In this document: positions 21,340 to 30,930 of the stretch, piece by piece
How positions within the stretch are numbered: the first letter of the stretch is position 1
Layout of the letters: each line of letters begins with the position of its first letter
Source of the DNA: Schizochytrium sp. TIO01
Lineage: Eukaryota; Protista; Bigyra: Labyrinthulomycetes
Assembly: GCA_004764695.1 (NCBI GenBank)
Contig: SMSO01000005.1
Span: 1,736,001-1,800,000 of the forward strand
DNA: 64,000 bases
Reading direction: 5' to 3'
The notes under the pieces: generated by a model
Told to the model about the DNA's origin: nothing
Seen by the model: only the letters and a program-made list of their open reading frames with translations
Database searches by the model: none
Position numbers and translations under genes: made by a program

Positions 21340-22517
21340 GCTGCTACGCCTGTGATGTTGTCAGAATGTTCAAACAAGGTATGCAAGAACAACAGAACTC
21401 GATCAATATTCTAAATAAAGAATATCAACAGATTGTCTTCAAATCGCCAGGAGGGAAAAGAAAGGAGTTCTATTAACGTTGTGCAGATAGAGTATACCGA
21501 GCAAGAGGATTGACACCGTAGAATCAAGATTTAGGTGAACTAATAATAATTCACAAATGTATGAGTTTCTCAAACAAGGGCTCTTGTAACCCCGGGTACA
21601 AAGCCTTCAATGATTGGGCGGCTGCAACGTGACGTCCGCTAAAACGTATCTAGAAAGCGCCAGTTTCTTGGCTGCGCCCCGAGCAAGGAGAATGTCGGGA
21701 AATGCCCCTGAGAAGCACAAGTGCTTGTAGAGAAAAAGAGGGTAAGAATGGCGAGAGTCCGCTGAGCAACAAGTGATTAACTAATAAACCAGGGCTAGCT
21801 TGGTAACTATAGTATTGCCTGTGACACCGTGCCCCAGCAATAAGGTCACCTCCGCAAAAGTTACTCCGCCACCCCTTCAAAGGTTCTCGTAGGCCTCGCC
21901 CCAAGATCGCTATGGCGCGTGCGGAGTTGAGAGTTTGATTTTCAAAACTATTCATTCACCCTCGACACTATGCATATACTTTTACTATGTCTGATAGCAC
22001 CTAATTAGGGGTAGCTAAGGTAGTATGTACTTACTTACGTATTTACTTACTTACCAAAAACAAAGAAACGGAGGAAAGAAAACGGGGTTACGGAGAAACA
22101 TAACTCATACTGTTGTGTTGGGTTGGTTTAGCCGAGGACCAAGGTTCCTCCGGTGTGCCGTGAATGGTAAATTTGACGAACAGGCCAATGACGATGATGC
22201 AATCTAGGAGGTCAGCGACAGCTCCGTCAGCAACAGTTGTTCAAGAGCGTCTCCATAGTGTTGGCTTGAGGGCGGTGACGAAGGTAGAGGCTGCACATAC
22301 GCGGTGCACCTCTGTTTTTCCAAAAAGTGTTTTCGCACTGCGCGGAGCTCTTAATGAATTTGATCCAAGTTCTACTATTCAGGTAGGTACTTACCTAATC
22401 AGTGAGTGTACTTCGCTAGTTGTGTAATAAAGAGAGAATTCATGTGAATATAATCATAAAAATGCGGGGAACTAATGTGGGGTAATAAAATATTTAAGCA
22501 TGGTTGGGTCAAATTGT

Positions 22518-25500
22518 TTAAGTCTGGAGATCGCCTGCTTTCCATGCAGCAATAACGCGTGCCAGAGACTCAGCATCGGCACGAGATGCAGCTCGTAAAA
22601 CGACAGGTTCATTACTGTCTTTTAAGAATAGAGTAAACGAACGAGCAGCGTCAGGGTCGGAGGCCCCCTTCGAATCTTGGACAGTGCCCAAAAGCACCCC
22701 GTCAAGATCATCGCGACAAAGGACCAATCTTCCCTTGCTAAGATGCAGCGCCTTTTGAATTTTGGAAGCCAAAGATATTGACGTTTGGGATATCTCGAGA
22801 ACGCGTGTTCGAACTTTGTCCTTTTTATTTGCAGGTTTTCCGGACTTCAGCTGGGATACAGGGACGCGACGTCCTGCCCAGCGTCCAGCATCCTTATGGA
22901 CAGCGCTTGGGCCTGGACTGTGAATAAAACGTTCTCTCAGATGCCCCGCAATCATAGAAGTGTTTTTACTAGCATTAACGTCTGCAGTGGATACGGTGTT
23001 TCCATTCAAAGTTAAGTTCACCCCCTGAACTGAAGATGAGAACTCCGTAGCTGTAAGTGGATCAGCCTCCGACAAGGAGGATGAACCCAGCATGGAATTG
23101 CCCGCCCCAGGCATGGATTTCTGATCATCGACTTGCATTCGTAATTCTGCGAGGAGTCCTTCAAAGCGCTGAGCGAGGACTTGATCAGACGAGAGAACAT
23201 CTAATGCTCCTGTACAAACTTGGAGAGCCTCTGACGTCCGTCCCAGGGAAGCCAGGGCCAGAGCTTGCACATATAAACCCATAGGCCGAGCAGCTCCGGA
23301 TGATGGCGTGGTACATACTCTTTCAGCATATGTAAGCGCCTTTTGCGCACGACCGGTCTCAAGAAAAAGCTGAGATTTGCTAATGAGAACTTTTAATAGC
23401 ACATCGCGGTACACGGCTTGGGCTTCAAGTTGAAGTTCATGCCTGTATGATTGCTGAGCATCATCAAGAATTCGTTGCAACGAACTTGGGTGAGCTTTGA
23501 TTCGTACGTGATGATGGGCGTCTTGGGTGTCATTATTGCCACCATTCACACCGTTTGTAGAGTGAAATGAGGTGTTTGTAGAACTGTTATTGCCTTTTGT
23601 AGAGAGTTTAGAGCCCGCCGACGAAGTTCCTAGATCTTGAACATCGGGCTTGTGGCTGTACTCTACCGTCTCGCGTAACGCATCAAGAAAAGCATTGCCA
23701 CTCAAAGGCGCATCTTGGGCATCCGCCGTAAAAGCCTCAATCTGATCCTCAACTAAATCATAACAAATCATCGCAGTATCGAAATCTTTGCGATTCAGAG
23801 CGCGATTTCCATAGCCCTTGATGGCGAGGATTTGTACATCAAAATTCCAATCTTCCTCTAGATTAGGCTTGCCTGGTTCATGATTGTCTCCAAGAATGCT
23901 GGCTGTATCATCATCATCATCTCCAGTTAGATACGATAAAGAAGGAACCGTACTGGTTCTGTGAATCCTAGGAAGAGGTTTCTGCCCAACGCACGACCGC
24001 CACACCTGCTTTTGCATCTCGATAACGAACTTGTTATCGTCGCCAAGGTTGAAACACTCAGCTTGGGATTCGTCCGCGAGCATACAAGTATACAGAACAG
24101 CTCTTCCTCGCGTGATAAACCAAGCATGTACCACATCGCCGGAAAGCGGATGGCGAACCGCTTCAAGAGATAACAAGCAGCCATTGCCATTTTCAAAAAC
24201 ATAAGAGCCATTTTTGGTCTCTTGAGGGACATACACGCCATTTGCTGCCTCTGTACCACATCGATCAATATAAACATTGAAAAGAGTTGCCCTCTTTACG
24301 CTCAAAGCTTTGTGTGTGATCTCTCCTGCTTTCCCGAAAAGCAGGTTTTCGGCCGCAAGTCGGGCACCGGAATAAATACCTATGCGAACTACTGTAGGTT
24401 GTTTTGAGATGTCGTCTAATATTCGATGGATATCTTCTGTTTTTCGAACCGGTGTTGAGTTTAGAGTGACTATTTCATCCTGGTCATAGACTTCACAGAG
24501 TTCCAGTTTGCCCATTTCTGGGGCAAGGCGAACCTGAACAATCTCGGAGTTATTCCTGTACCCAGGTTCTAAAGTTACACCCTTGGCTTGAAATAGATCT
24601 TTGTTACATTGGTTGTGATCTTTAAAGAGCAAGACACGATCGAGGAGGAGATCTGGGCCCCATTCCTCTCGCTGCATCACTGTTGATGCTACCGGGCCCA
24701 CCACCTGTTCACCATCAAGTTCAATGTAGGTCCAATTCATTTTTGCAAAAAGATCAGAGAGGCGTTGTTGAAGAACTGCATTTGTGGGATCGACCACGAG
24801 GCCACAAACATATGCAATGCACGCATCGACTGGCTTGCCCATCGCATCTAAAGCCGCGCCTTTGCATAAATAGCTCATAGGCCATTCTGGTTTCAATGCA
24901 CAGCACATTTCTGCATCCTTTAAGGCGGCAAGTGGTTCATGAAGACGCAAGTAGCAAAGGGATCGACTCACTCGAACAGTGTGCGAAAGGGGGTCCCTCT
25001 CAAGAATGCTCGTGTAGACTTGCAAAGCCTGCTCAAACTCGCCTGCAGAAAATTTCAAGTAAGCAGCTCCACAATGGGGGGTGTTTTCGATATCTCCAGC
25101 TCTACTGCTGCTAGCAGTGCTGCTTGTGCTTGTGTAGCTGCTCGCATTGCGATACTGTGCGGATGATGTGTTGTTGCGTCGTAAAGTTCGTTTTGGTGAC
25201 GTGGTTGGAGACTGTGATGACCCTGAGCCACCAGTAAAATAAGACCATGTGGGAAGAGTTGGGAGGTAGCCTCGCCACCCCCCAGCTTGGCGGATTTTGC
25301 CAAAGAGGACCTCATCATCCATGGCATGTGATCTAAGAATTTTCGCCTTCACTTCATGATAATAAGCGTATGGGTCCATGAAGCTGAGCACGACCATAGA
25401 AATGTGCTCAGTTGAGAAGGCGTCCACGTGTAGAATAGAAAGAACATCGGCATGTGGCATTTCATGAACGAGCTTGCCATTGATAGCAAAGAGGACATCT

Positions 25501-25712
25501 CCAACTTCGAGCACAGGGTTAGACTCCGCGGGTTCGGCTCTAATTTTATCGGCTGTGCTACTTGAAGATTGCTCATCAAAGGCTTTTCTTGACAGCTCCA
25601 CGTTGAGAGGCGTTAGCATGGACTTGATAACGGCAGCATTTCCACGAGCATCCGGCTCTAAGAGGATACCCAAAGCATTAATGTCAACGCTGGCAAATAG
25701 TACTTTTTCCAT
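22518..25712 (-). CDS. PDZ- and TPR-containing scaffold protein with a probable C-terminal PH-like domain
   Basis: N-terminal LGILLE...LEVGDVLFAING..V....H.DV..IL (PDZ-like). Three STI1/SGT-like TPR repeats (F..GEFEQAL..Y; RSLCYLRL...AL.DAE.C..LKP.W...Y..KG.AL; Y..GL..DP.N). A second TPR group (IKGYGNRAL...DF..A...Y; KSQLFL..G....AL..AE). C-terminal RTRVLEIS...FTLF....VVLRA.SR.DAE.L...I..W. The track starts at a non-ATG codon at 25745; the first ATG is 25712. Confidence 0.8.
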   Translation of the reverse strand: MEKVLFASVDINALGILLEPDARGNAAVIKSMLTPLNVELSRKAFDEQSSSSTADKIRAEPAESNPVLEVGDVLFAINGKLVHEMPHADVLSILHVDAFSTEHISMVVLSFMDPYAYYHEVKAKILRSHAMDDEVLFGKIRQAGGWRGYLPTLPTWSYFTGGSGSSQSPTTSPKRTLRRNNTSSAQYRNASSYTSTSSTASSSRAGDIENTPHCGAAYLKFSAGEFEQALQVYTSILERDPLSHTVRVSRSLCYLRLHEPLAALKDAEMCCALKPEWPMSYLCKGAALDAMGKPVDACIAYVCGLVVDPTNAVLQQRLSDLFAKMNWTYIELDGEQVVGPVASTVMQREEWGPDLLLDRVLLFKDHNQCNKDLFQAKGVTLEPGYRNNSEIVQVRLAPEMGKLELCEVYDQDEIVTLNSTPVRKTEDIHRILDDISKQPTVVRIGIYSGARLAAENLLFGKAGEITHKALSVKRATLFNVYIDRCGTEAANGVYVPQETKNGSYVFENGNGCLLSLEAVRHPLSGDVVHAWFITRGRAVLYTCMLADESQAECFNLGDDNKFVIEMQKQVWRSCVGQKPLPRIHRTSTVPSLSYLTGDDDDDTASILGDNHEPGKPNLEEDWNFDVQILAIKGYGNRALNRKDFDTAMICYDLVEDQIEAFTADAQDAPLSGNAFLDALRETVEYSHKPDVQDLGTSSAGSKLSTKGNNSSTNTSFHSTNGVNGGNNDTQDAHHHVRIKAHPSSLQRILDDAQQSYRHELQLEAQAVYRDVLLKVLISKSQLFLETGRAQKALTYAERVCTTPSSGAARPMGLYVQALALASLGRTSEALQVCTGALDVLSSDQVLAQRFEGLLAELRMQVDDQKSMPGAGNSMLGSSSLSEADPLTATEFSSSVQGVNLTLNGNTVSTADVNASKNTSMIAGHLRERFIHSPGPSAVHKDAGRWAGRRVPVSQLKSGKPANKKDKVRTRVLEISQTSISLASKIQKALHLSKGRLVLCRDDLDGVLLGTVQDSKGASDPDAARSFTLFLKDSNEPVVLRAASRADAESLARVIAAWKAGDLQT

Positions 25713-26771
25713 CTTGTTGAACTGAATACCAAAAATCAAAAGCAAAGTCTGGTCTTCTTACTGACAATCAGTGAGGACCCAGACCTTCTGCGAGGACCTT
25801 TTCACGCAGTCAGCCTTCTGTCTCTTTCACTTTCAAAATAGCGTCTGAGATGGCACAGCAAAAGAAGAACAAGCCTCGTCAATATTTATTCGTATATTTA
25901 GTTATCGAATGCGGCGGCGATAACAATGAGGTTTCGTCTGCTCCCAGGAAGCGTTTTCCTGACGGGCTACCAAGGAGGAAAAAGATCGGTGAATGCAGTG
26001 CCACCCCCTACGCGGCATGCACGCACGGTCCACTCGAGTGAAGCGAGCGAGCGAGTGGGCTGGCAAGAGAGCTGAGTCCGCGGCTCCCGGCGGCTGAGCA
26101 AAGCAGTTCTGTCTTTAGTTTATCATAACACCTCCTGGTGCATTTGTTTTAATACACATCTCTTTTCTTTCAAAGTATTTACTTTAGAGTAATGGTTATA
26201 AGATGGTGTTAAGGACGAGTGAAACACGCAGGTGGGGTGTATTTAGTAAATATAGATCGAGACAGTGGAATACTACTGAATAACATACAGGAAGCTTATT
26301 TTTGAAATAAAGTGTATAGTACCCCCTAATACTGTCTGAAATATTTATATTATCTTTTTATAGGTCTTCAAGTTAGAAGATCATAATTTCTTCTACAAAG
26401 CTAAATCCGGAATATTTCTTCAGTTTTATGAGTCCTGAAGATCATCCAATGAGGTCTTCTGACTTGTGTCTGAAACCAAGGCTCCAGACAACTGTATAAT
26501 GTACGAACTATAGTATGATTCCCGTCGAATAAAACAACAAGTATAAGGGGAATTTCATACATAGCAACACAAATAACAATAGTCCCTGCTAATCCAATAT
26601 AAAACCTACCTACTATCAAATATAAGAAACGCAATTCTGAAGAGCAAAAGATCACAACCAACTTAAACCTTCTACAGCGGTTGCAGACCACTCCGTGTGC
26701 TCGTCGGCTCGTCCTCGCGGAGGACATATATACACACTGCGACTTCTACACGCTCTCCTTGCTAAATAAAC
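25713..26771. promoter_or_regulatory. Probable bidirectional promoter region between the TPR scaffold gene and CSN7
   Basis: Divergent ATGs about 1.06 kb apart, with a GC-rich patch (25950-26100) and an AT-rich patch (26100-26650). No specific element identified. Confidence 0.4.
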
Positions 26772-27557
26772 ATGGAGGTAGATGACCAGCATTCGTCTGT
26801 GCTGGATGCCGCGCCTTCAGCGACGCTCGTGGCATCTTCCTCCTCTTCGTCCTCCTCTGCAGCTCCCACTTCGTCTCCCGGCGCTAGTGGTAGCTTCGGC
26901 GGCGGAAACGACTACGTGGAACAATTCAAAATCCTCGCCAGGACTACCAGTGGCCGCGCCACTGCAGCTATCCTTGACAAGGTTATGAATCACAAGCATA
27001 TCTTTGTCTTTGCAGAAATCCTCGAGCTCGACCGGGTTCAAGAACTTCGCGGATCTCCTCTCGAAGGAAATTTGCGTGCGCTCGAGATCATGGCACACGG
27101 TGAATTTGCAGACTATGAGGCCGAACAGGCATCGCTGCCTCCATTTAGCGATGTGCAGAAGCGCAAGTTACGGATGCTGACCTTGGTGAGCTTGGCCAGC
27201 CGTTGCAAGACACTCAAGTACGATGTGGTTCGAGCTGCGTTGAGGATGAAAAGCGATCGCGAGGTGGAAGATGTATTCATCGAAAGCATGTATGCTGGCC
27301 TCCTAAAGGCTCGGCTATATCATAGGGAGCGCCAGGGAATCGTGCAGTGGGTTATGGCGAGGGATTTAAAGGATGAGGATCTTGCGTCTATTGCGAGCAG
27401 ACTTGGGAAATGGTGCGACAATGCTAATGATCTCATGGATACACTCAAGAAAGCAATCAAAGAGGTTCATTCTACTCGCGAGGAGGATACCGTAGAGCAC
27501 GCCCTGCTAGCGCAAACGGTCAAGCAACAGGTGCGGCAGTCCGCACCTGCGCGCTAA
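26772..27557 (+). CDS. CSN7: COP9 signalosome subunit 7 (PCI domain)
   Basis: LEQF-like YVEQF, IFVFAEILEL, LEIMAHGEFADY, KLRMLTLVSLA, LKYD, REVEDVFIESMYAGLLKARL, RD..., L..WC match the CSN7 PCI pattern. 261 aa. Confidence 0.9.
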   Translation: MEVDDQHSSVLDAAPSATLVASSSSSSSSAAPTSSPGASGSFGGGNDYVEQFKILARTTSGRATAAILDKVMNHKHIFVFAEILELDRVQELRGSPLEGNLRALEIMAHGEFADYEAEQASLPPFSDVQKRKLRMLTLVSLASRCKTLKYDVVRAALRMKSDREVEDVFIESMYAGLLKARLYHRERQGIVQWVMARDLKDEDLASIASRLGKWCDNANDLMDTLKKAIKEVHSTREEDTVEHALLAQTVKQQVRQSAPAR

Positions 27558-28392
27558 GTGCTGAGTGTAAAGCACTTGCCTCAAGTTTCCTTCTGTCATT
27601 TATTAGCTAGCTTATCCATGCTGCGCTCCTTCTGTGAGGCACAACTAGGTTTCCCTACATCTATATCATCTATATTGTCCTGCCCATGTTGCACATATCA
27701 TTTGCATAAAAGGACATGCATACACAGATTAATCCTATGATCAATGGGTTGATATTATAAGTTTGAGAGATGATTCTACTGGAGTCTTTCGATAGAGCAC
27801 AAAAGGCTTAGTACTCATGATGCATGTTCGACACCTCTTGACTGCTACAAATAATTTACAAATAACAAATTGATCTGAAGATTCTGCATTTAAAAAATGA
27901 AGATATCTCCCCGTCACTATTTCTCCTGAAGCTACAGGGATCTGAACGTTTTATAATCTTCTTCATTCCACATCAAGATATACTGGATTAGTTATTTTCT
28001 TTTTTGTTTGAGAATGGCAACCTTCGACTTATGTGGGGATCAATGTATCAAAAGAAGAGATCATGACAAATCACTTTATTGGTTCATAATCAAATTTTAA
28101 ATCTATAGTACCTACCCGCAGTACTACTCGGAGATATTAATTTTCACGTTTGTATAAATGAATACTTTCATTGTTGATCGGGGGCCTTCAATAGTCGGAA
28201 TACTTATTAATGTTCAATTTCATTAGGTACGAGCGAAGACACAGCAAATCTGCCAAGAGCGGGTTCTAGGTGCACCTTGGTCAACCTGCCTTAGTCTTAA
28301 CGCCCCACATTGCGTCCCATCGCATGCAGGGAGATCGTTGGCCCAGAAGATTGAAGGCTCGTATCTCATTCAAGAGGCACAAATATCCAGGC

Positions 28393-30930
28393 TTAGTTCT
28401 GCTGGAGTTGTGTCTCTGGTATAGTCGGATACAATTCATGTTCAAAGTTTGAAGATACGAACGCATTGGAATAGCTTGTGTATGCAGTGGCACCAGATTC
28501 TGGCGTACTGGGCGCAGACAAAGATTCCTGAGGCGCGACAAAGTCTATTGGCGCCTGCGCAGTAAACTCTTCGCTAAAATTAGCAAGACAGGAAGCATAG
28601 GAATTACTCTCTTCCTGGAAAATGGGGTTCACGGGAACTCGTTCCTCAAGTACATCTTCCCAATTGATACCCATGAACAGGGCATGATTGAAGAAAATGC
28701 TTGCATCAGAACGACGGTATCCCAAACGAGGTTGTTGATCACGCACAAGGAGTCTTCGAATCAGGTCATACTCTGCAGTACCTGGCACGACAGGAGGTGC
28801 GGGTTCAAAGTCCTCGGTACAGATCATATCACAAGTTTCCTGTTCATTTCTTCCCTCATATGGTGGGAATCCAGTGAACAATTCGTATGCAATGACACCA
28901 AGCGACCACCAATCTGACTCATAGCTATGGGTTTTACGACGAAGTACCTCTGGAGCCGTGTAACTAAGGGTTCCACAGGCTGTGATTACCTCGCGACGAC
29001 CATTTTCATTAATCAGAGCTTCATTCGAGTCAAGAAAGATGGAAAGCCCAAAGTCAATCAGACGAACATGACCACGAGCCGACAGAGCAATATTTTCAGG
29101 CTTGAGATCGCGGAAGAGGATATTATGACCGTGTAGGTAATCCAAAGCCAGCGCAATTTCTCCGATATAGAGCGGAACATCTTCACGGCGATGGAGTTGT
29201 TGAGACATAAAAGAGAAGAAATCGCCTGCAGCACAAAACTCCATACCAACATACAATTTCGTTGGTGTTTGGCACGCAAAGACAAAGTCCGCAATAAAGG
29301 GGAAAGCAGCTGCAGTGCGCAAGACTTGGACCTCCATTTCTGCTTGACGGCGGAGCTCCGCGGTGTTCAGGTCACTTTTGCGCATAACTTTGACAGCCAC
29401 TAAACGGTCATCGCGAAAAACCCAAGGCGGTGGTGTAAATACTAGAGGCCTGGAAATCTGAGAGGCGGCGGATGCAGAGGAGGTTGTTATTGTCGGCACG
29501 GAGTCAGCACGTTTTGGAGAAGCTACAGAGGAAGAGGCGACCGAAAACGAGGATGTGAGCGTTGCTTGTACCTCGGGAGACTCGTCATCAATGTCACCAA
29601 ATGACATTAAGGAAGAATCCACTCTGGCGGTGCCTGTAACATGATGTCGGTAATTCCGTGAAAGACTATGTTCAAAGAATAGATCACGGTGCGGCGACCT
29701 CCGCGTGGCCCCCGTTGCAACGCCGTGTGCATCAGCACTGTGCGCTTGCGAAGCTGATGAAGTGCGGCGCATGAATCGGCCTCCGTCAGAGGAGCTTGGG
29801 AGTTGATGTTGTTGATGCTGAAAAGAGTAAGTGGCTGTAAGTGCATCCTCCGCTCGGCCTTGTGTGGCTAAGGAGGCAGCATTTTCATTTTCTGACGTGG
29901 ACGCTGAAGTAGCAGTTGTGGTGACTGGAGAGGAAGCGGAGCGGAGAGCAACCTGGCTGGATGATGCAAGAGTTGACCGTTGAGGAAGGTGGATTTGGTG
30001 ATTCAGACGATGCTGTTGTTGAGTAGCAATGAGCTGAGCGCGCTCGTGAGCATTCCTGCTGTAATTGCGCCACTCGGTGAGGTAGACGCGGCCAAATGCA
30101 CCTTCTCCAATCACTGCCAAGAGCTTAAGTCTATCAAGGACATTCTGCCTTGCAGGAGCGCCAATGGAGAGTTGGTCAAGGTCGTCTTCGTAAGGGTCGA
30201 GTTCATCTTGTTGATGATTGGGAAAAGGCGTTGCGTGGGAATTTTCCAGCGCATAATTGACCCGTTTTGAGCTCTCATCATCATGACCAGATGTCGTGTA
30301 AGTCGGGCCTTCTGCCTCCGCCTCCGTATCCATGTCGACATGTTTGTTACCCGTTTCTGTTGCAAGTCCTTCGTGTTCCCACTGTTCTCGTGTAAATTGC
30401 TGGACATCGTGGTGGCTCGCATTCTGGCCTTTCGCACTACCTGCAGAAAGCCCGGCAAGACGAAAGTGGGTTCTCTGGCTTGAATAAGAACTAGTAGAAG
30501 GGAAGCATGGTGCGGCACCCGGTGAAGAAGAGGAGGAAACGCTAGAGAAAAGGTTCGTCTCGGCGATATTATGGCCTTTTCCGTGAGCGGACTGGTGCTC
30601 AAGTTTTTCAAAGGTTGTCTCGTCTGCATCATTACTGCTGGATAATTGTTGCCTTTCCGCGCTACGTGCTCTTGGGCTTGTTACTGCATTGGGTGACATC
30701 AACATATCAGGATGGGCGGCGGTTTCGTCATCATTTACACTCCTTTCCTCTGTGGCAGCCGCGTCGCTGAGAGTTTCCATGCGTTCACTGTCGCGCTCAG
30801 GGTCAGTGGTGGGACCGGAGGTGTGAGCCAAACCTTCCCGCAATTGATGATCAATGTGGTGGTCTTCTTGGGAGTAGTAGGAGTAAAAGGTTAGAGTCTC
30901 TCGGGTGCTGGACACGAACTTGCTCTTCAA
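28393..30930 (-). CDS. AGC-group Ser/Thr protein kinase (S6K/SGK/Sch9-like), catalytic part
   Basis: IGEGAFGRVYL, VAVKVMRK, E.QVL, PFI, KLYVGMEFCAAGDFF, FRDLKPENI, DFGLS, TACGTLSYTAPE, DWWSLGV...GFPPY, RLG, F..INW, AGC C-tail NFSEEFT. The first ATG in this frame is at 30780. The true N-terminus is probably the upstream ORF. Confidence 0.92.
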   Translation of the reverse strand: MKSKFVSSTRETLTFYSYYSQEDHHIDHQLREGLAHTSGPTTDPERDSERMETLSDAAATEERSVNDDETAAHPDMLMSPNAVTSPRARSAERQQLSSSNDADETTFEKLEHQSAHGKGHNIAETNLFSSVSSSSSPGAAPCFPSTSSYSSQRTHFRLAGLSAGSAKGQNASHHDVQQFTREQWEHEGLATETGNKHVDMDTEAEAEGPTYTTSGHDDESSKRVNYALENSHATPFPNHQQDELDPYEDDLDQLSIGAPARQNVLDRLKLLAVIGEGAFGRVYLTEWRNYSRNAHERAQLIATQQQHRLNHQIHLPQRSTLASSSQVALRSASSPVTTTATSASTSENENAASLATQGRAEDALTATYSFQHQQHQLPSSSDGGRFMRRTSSASQAHSADAHGVATGATRRSPHRDLFFEHSLSRNYRHHVTGTARVDSSLMSFGDIDDESPEVQATLTSSFSVASSSVASPKRADSVPTITTSSASAASQISRPLVFTPPPWVFRDDRLVAVKVMRKSDLNTAELRRQAEMEVQVLRTAAAFPFIADFVFACQTPTKLYVGMEFCAAGDFFSFMSQQLHRREDVPLYIGEIALALDYLHGHNILFRDLKPENIALSARGHVRLIDFGLSIFLDSNEALINENGRREVITACGTLSYTAPEVLRRKTHSYESDWWSLGVIAYELFTGFPPYEGRNEQETCDMICTEDFEPAPPVVPGTAEYDLIRRLLVRDQQPRLGYRRSDASIFFNHALFMGINWEDVLEERVPVNPIFQEESNSYASCLANFSEEFTAQAPIDFVAPQESLSAPSTPESGATAYTSYSNAFVSSNFEHELYPTIPETQLQQN

